Shown here: positions 63,029 through 64,000 of the stretch, piece by piece
How the letters are laid out: each line of letters begins with the position of its first letter
How positions within the stretch are numbered: position 1 is the first letter of the stretch
Assembly: GCA_964562525.1 (NCBI GenBank)
Contig: CAZLTL010000006.1
Span: forward strand, 31,187-95,186
DNA from: an uncultured bacterium
Lineage (GTDB): Bacteria; Omnitrophota; Omnitrophia; Omnitrophales; Aquincolibacteriaceae
DNA: 64,000 nucleotides
Direction: 5' to 3'
Notes under the pieces: generated by a model
What the model was told of the DNA's origin: nothing
The model's input: the letters and a program-made list of their open reading frames with translations, nothing else
Database searches by the model: none
Position numbers and translations under genes: made by a program

Positions 63029-64000
63029 AATTAAAACGAAGTAGATGCAATAATCTTTTGAGTGCATGGACAGTCTTGGGTCTATTGTCTTTGGTCTGTT
63101 GTCCCGCGCTTTGCGCTGCGGAACAAAGTTTTGCCGAGAAACGTGAGCAAACCCAATATGAACGCCGTCTCCAGATGCTGGCTCAGCGTTATCAGCGTGC
63201 GCCTGCCGGAACCGTGGACTTTCCGCAAGAGCTGATGGCTGTTGATTACATCAATGAAGGTTATAAGCTTTTTGAAAAAAATCAATATGACTTAGCGCTC
63301 AAAGCCGCACAAGAAGCTCTGAAATATGACAAAAAAAGCCCCGTTGCGCATGAGTTGAGCGGAGATGTTTATTATTTGCGGCAAGATCTCACCAAAGCGA
63401 ATGAGCATTACCGCGAAGCGTTTAAATTGGAACCTGTTTCCCGGCTTAAAGATAAGCTTGAAAAATTAGGCAGGGAAACAAATGTTGAACAAAGTTTTGA
63501 AACGGTGGAAGAAGAGCATTTTCTAATTAAATATAACGGTAACCAAAGCGATTATGAGGGCTTTGAGCTCAAAACGATGCTGCGTGAAACCTACTTAGCC
63601 ATCGCCAAAGAAATTGCGCATTATTTGAATCATAAAACGACCGTCCTTTTTTATGACGCGGGAAACTTTCATTCTGTTGCGAATTTATCGCATTGGATTG
63701 GCGGGCTTTACGACGGAAAAGTCAGGCTCCCGGTTCATCCGCGGGGATTCGGGGAAAAGCAATTGCGCGCGGTGGCGCGGCACGAATTAACCCATGTGTT
63801 TTTGGATGACTTGGGTAAAAAGAAAACTCCGGTTTGGCTGCATGAAGGATTCGCCGTGTATCAGCAGAATAAAGTCGAGCCTTTGCCTGCGTCGTCGCTT
63901 TTTGTTTTACGGGATGAGAAAAACCTCATTCCTCTGCATAGTCTTTTCAATTCAGCGACATTTGAAAGCCACAAAAATGATGAGGCCTGGATGAGTTTGT
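63025..64000 (+). CDS. Partial CDS running off the window end (not in the ORF track): signal peptide, TPR-like region and peptidase-MA-like HExxH...HEGxAxY domain
   Basis: Frame 1 is open from ATG 63025 (ATGA overlap with the M48 stop) to position 64000 with no stop codon. It translates to MKLKRSRCNNLLSAWTVLGLLSLVCCPALCAAEQ...ARHELTHVFLDD...WLHEGFAVYQQ. Confidence 0.6.
   Translation, partial: MKLKRSRCNNLLSAWTVLGLLSLVCCPALCAAEQSFAEKREQTQYERRLQMLAQRYQRAPAGTVDFPQELMAVDYINEGYKLFEKNQYDLALKAAQEALKYDKKSPVAHELSGDVYYLRQDLTKANEHYREAFKLEPVSRLKDKLEKLGRETNVEQSFETVEEEHFLIKYNGNQSDYEGFELKTMLRETYLAIAKEIAHYLNHKTTVLFYDAGNFHSVANLSHWIGGLYDGKVRLPVHPRGFGEKQLRAVARHELTHVFLDDLGKKKTPVWLHEGFAVYQQNKVEPLPASSLFVLRDEKNLIPLHSLFNSATFESHKNDEAWMSL

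Overview
This window is a single-strand-biased bacterial chromosomal segment, almost entirely + strand. It starts with a signalling cluster: an OmpR-family response regulator, a HAMP/HisKA sensor kinase, a P-loop ATPase and a GAF protein with a degenerate HD-GYP domain. A reduced but clearly recognisable dcw cell-wall/division cluster follows (murE-murF-mraY-murD-[giant ORF]-ftsW-murG-murC-murB-ddl-ftsQ-ftsA). No ftsZ follows ftsA, and no mraZ/rsmH/ftsL/ftsI precede murE. Next come a MlaC-like plus MMPL/RND lipid-export pair, a complete glycine-cleavage operon (gcvT-gcvH-gcvPA-gcvPB) with a lipoate-protein-ligase-family gene, a UvrD/PcrA helicase, and a block of lipid and metalloprotease genes (TPR protein, PlsC, EEP phosphatase, M48 protease, and a partial TPR/peptidase-MA gene at the window end). 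The dominant and most unusual content is three paralogous giant ORFs of 3532, 1141 and 4733 aa, about 45% of the window. Each has an N-terminal signal peptide and a shared extracytoplasmic N-module of about 450-550 aa with invariant QDAHA, VEGA and GGFH(A/S)EG motifs, which I infer may be a Tiki/TraB/GumN-like fold. Each continues into transmembrane segments and then different mosaics of enzyme-like domains: a membrane HExxH motif of site-2-protease type, a metallo-beta-lactamase fold, a cNMP-binding-like domain and a J-domain in giant 1, and a DHH/NrnA-like [15 protein letters not shown], a polymerase-beta-type nucleotidyltransferase motif and a DUF218-like block in giant 3. Giant 1 is inserted inside the dcw operon between murD and ftsW. 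The giants have AT-rich leaders, and the window also carries heptanucleotide tandem arrays and an intragenic 44-nt repeat. I found no rRNA, tRNA, CRISPR array or transposase. The organism is unknown; giant multi-domain ORFs beside a reduced dcw cluster resemble candidate-phylum lineages such as Omnitrophota, but that is speculation.
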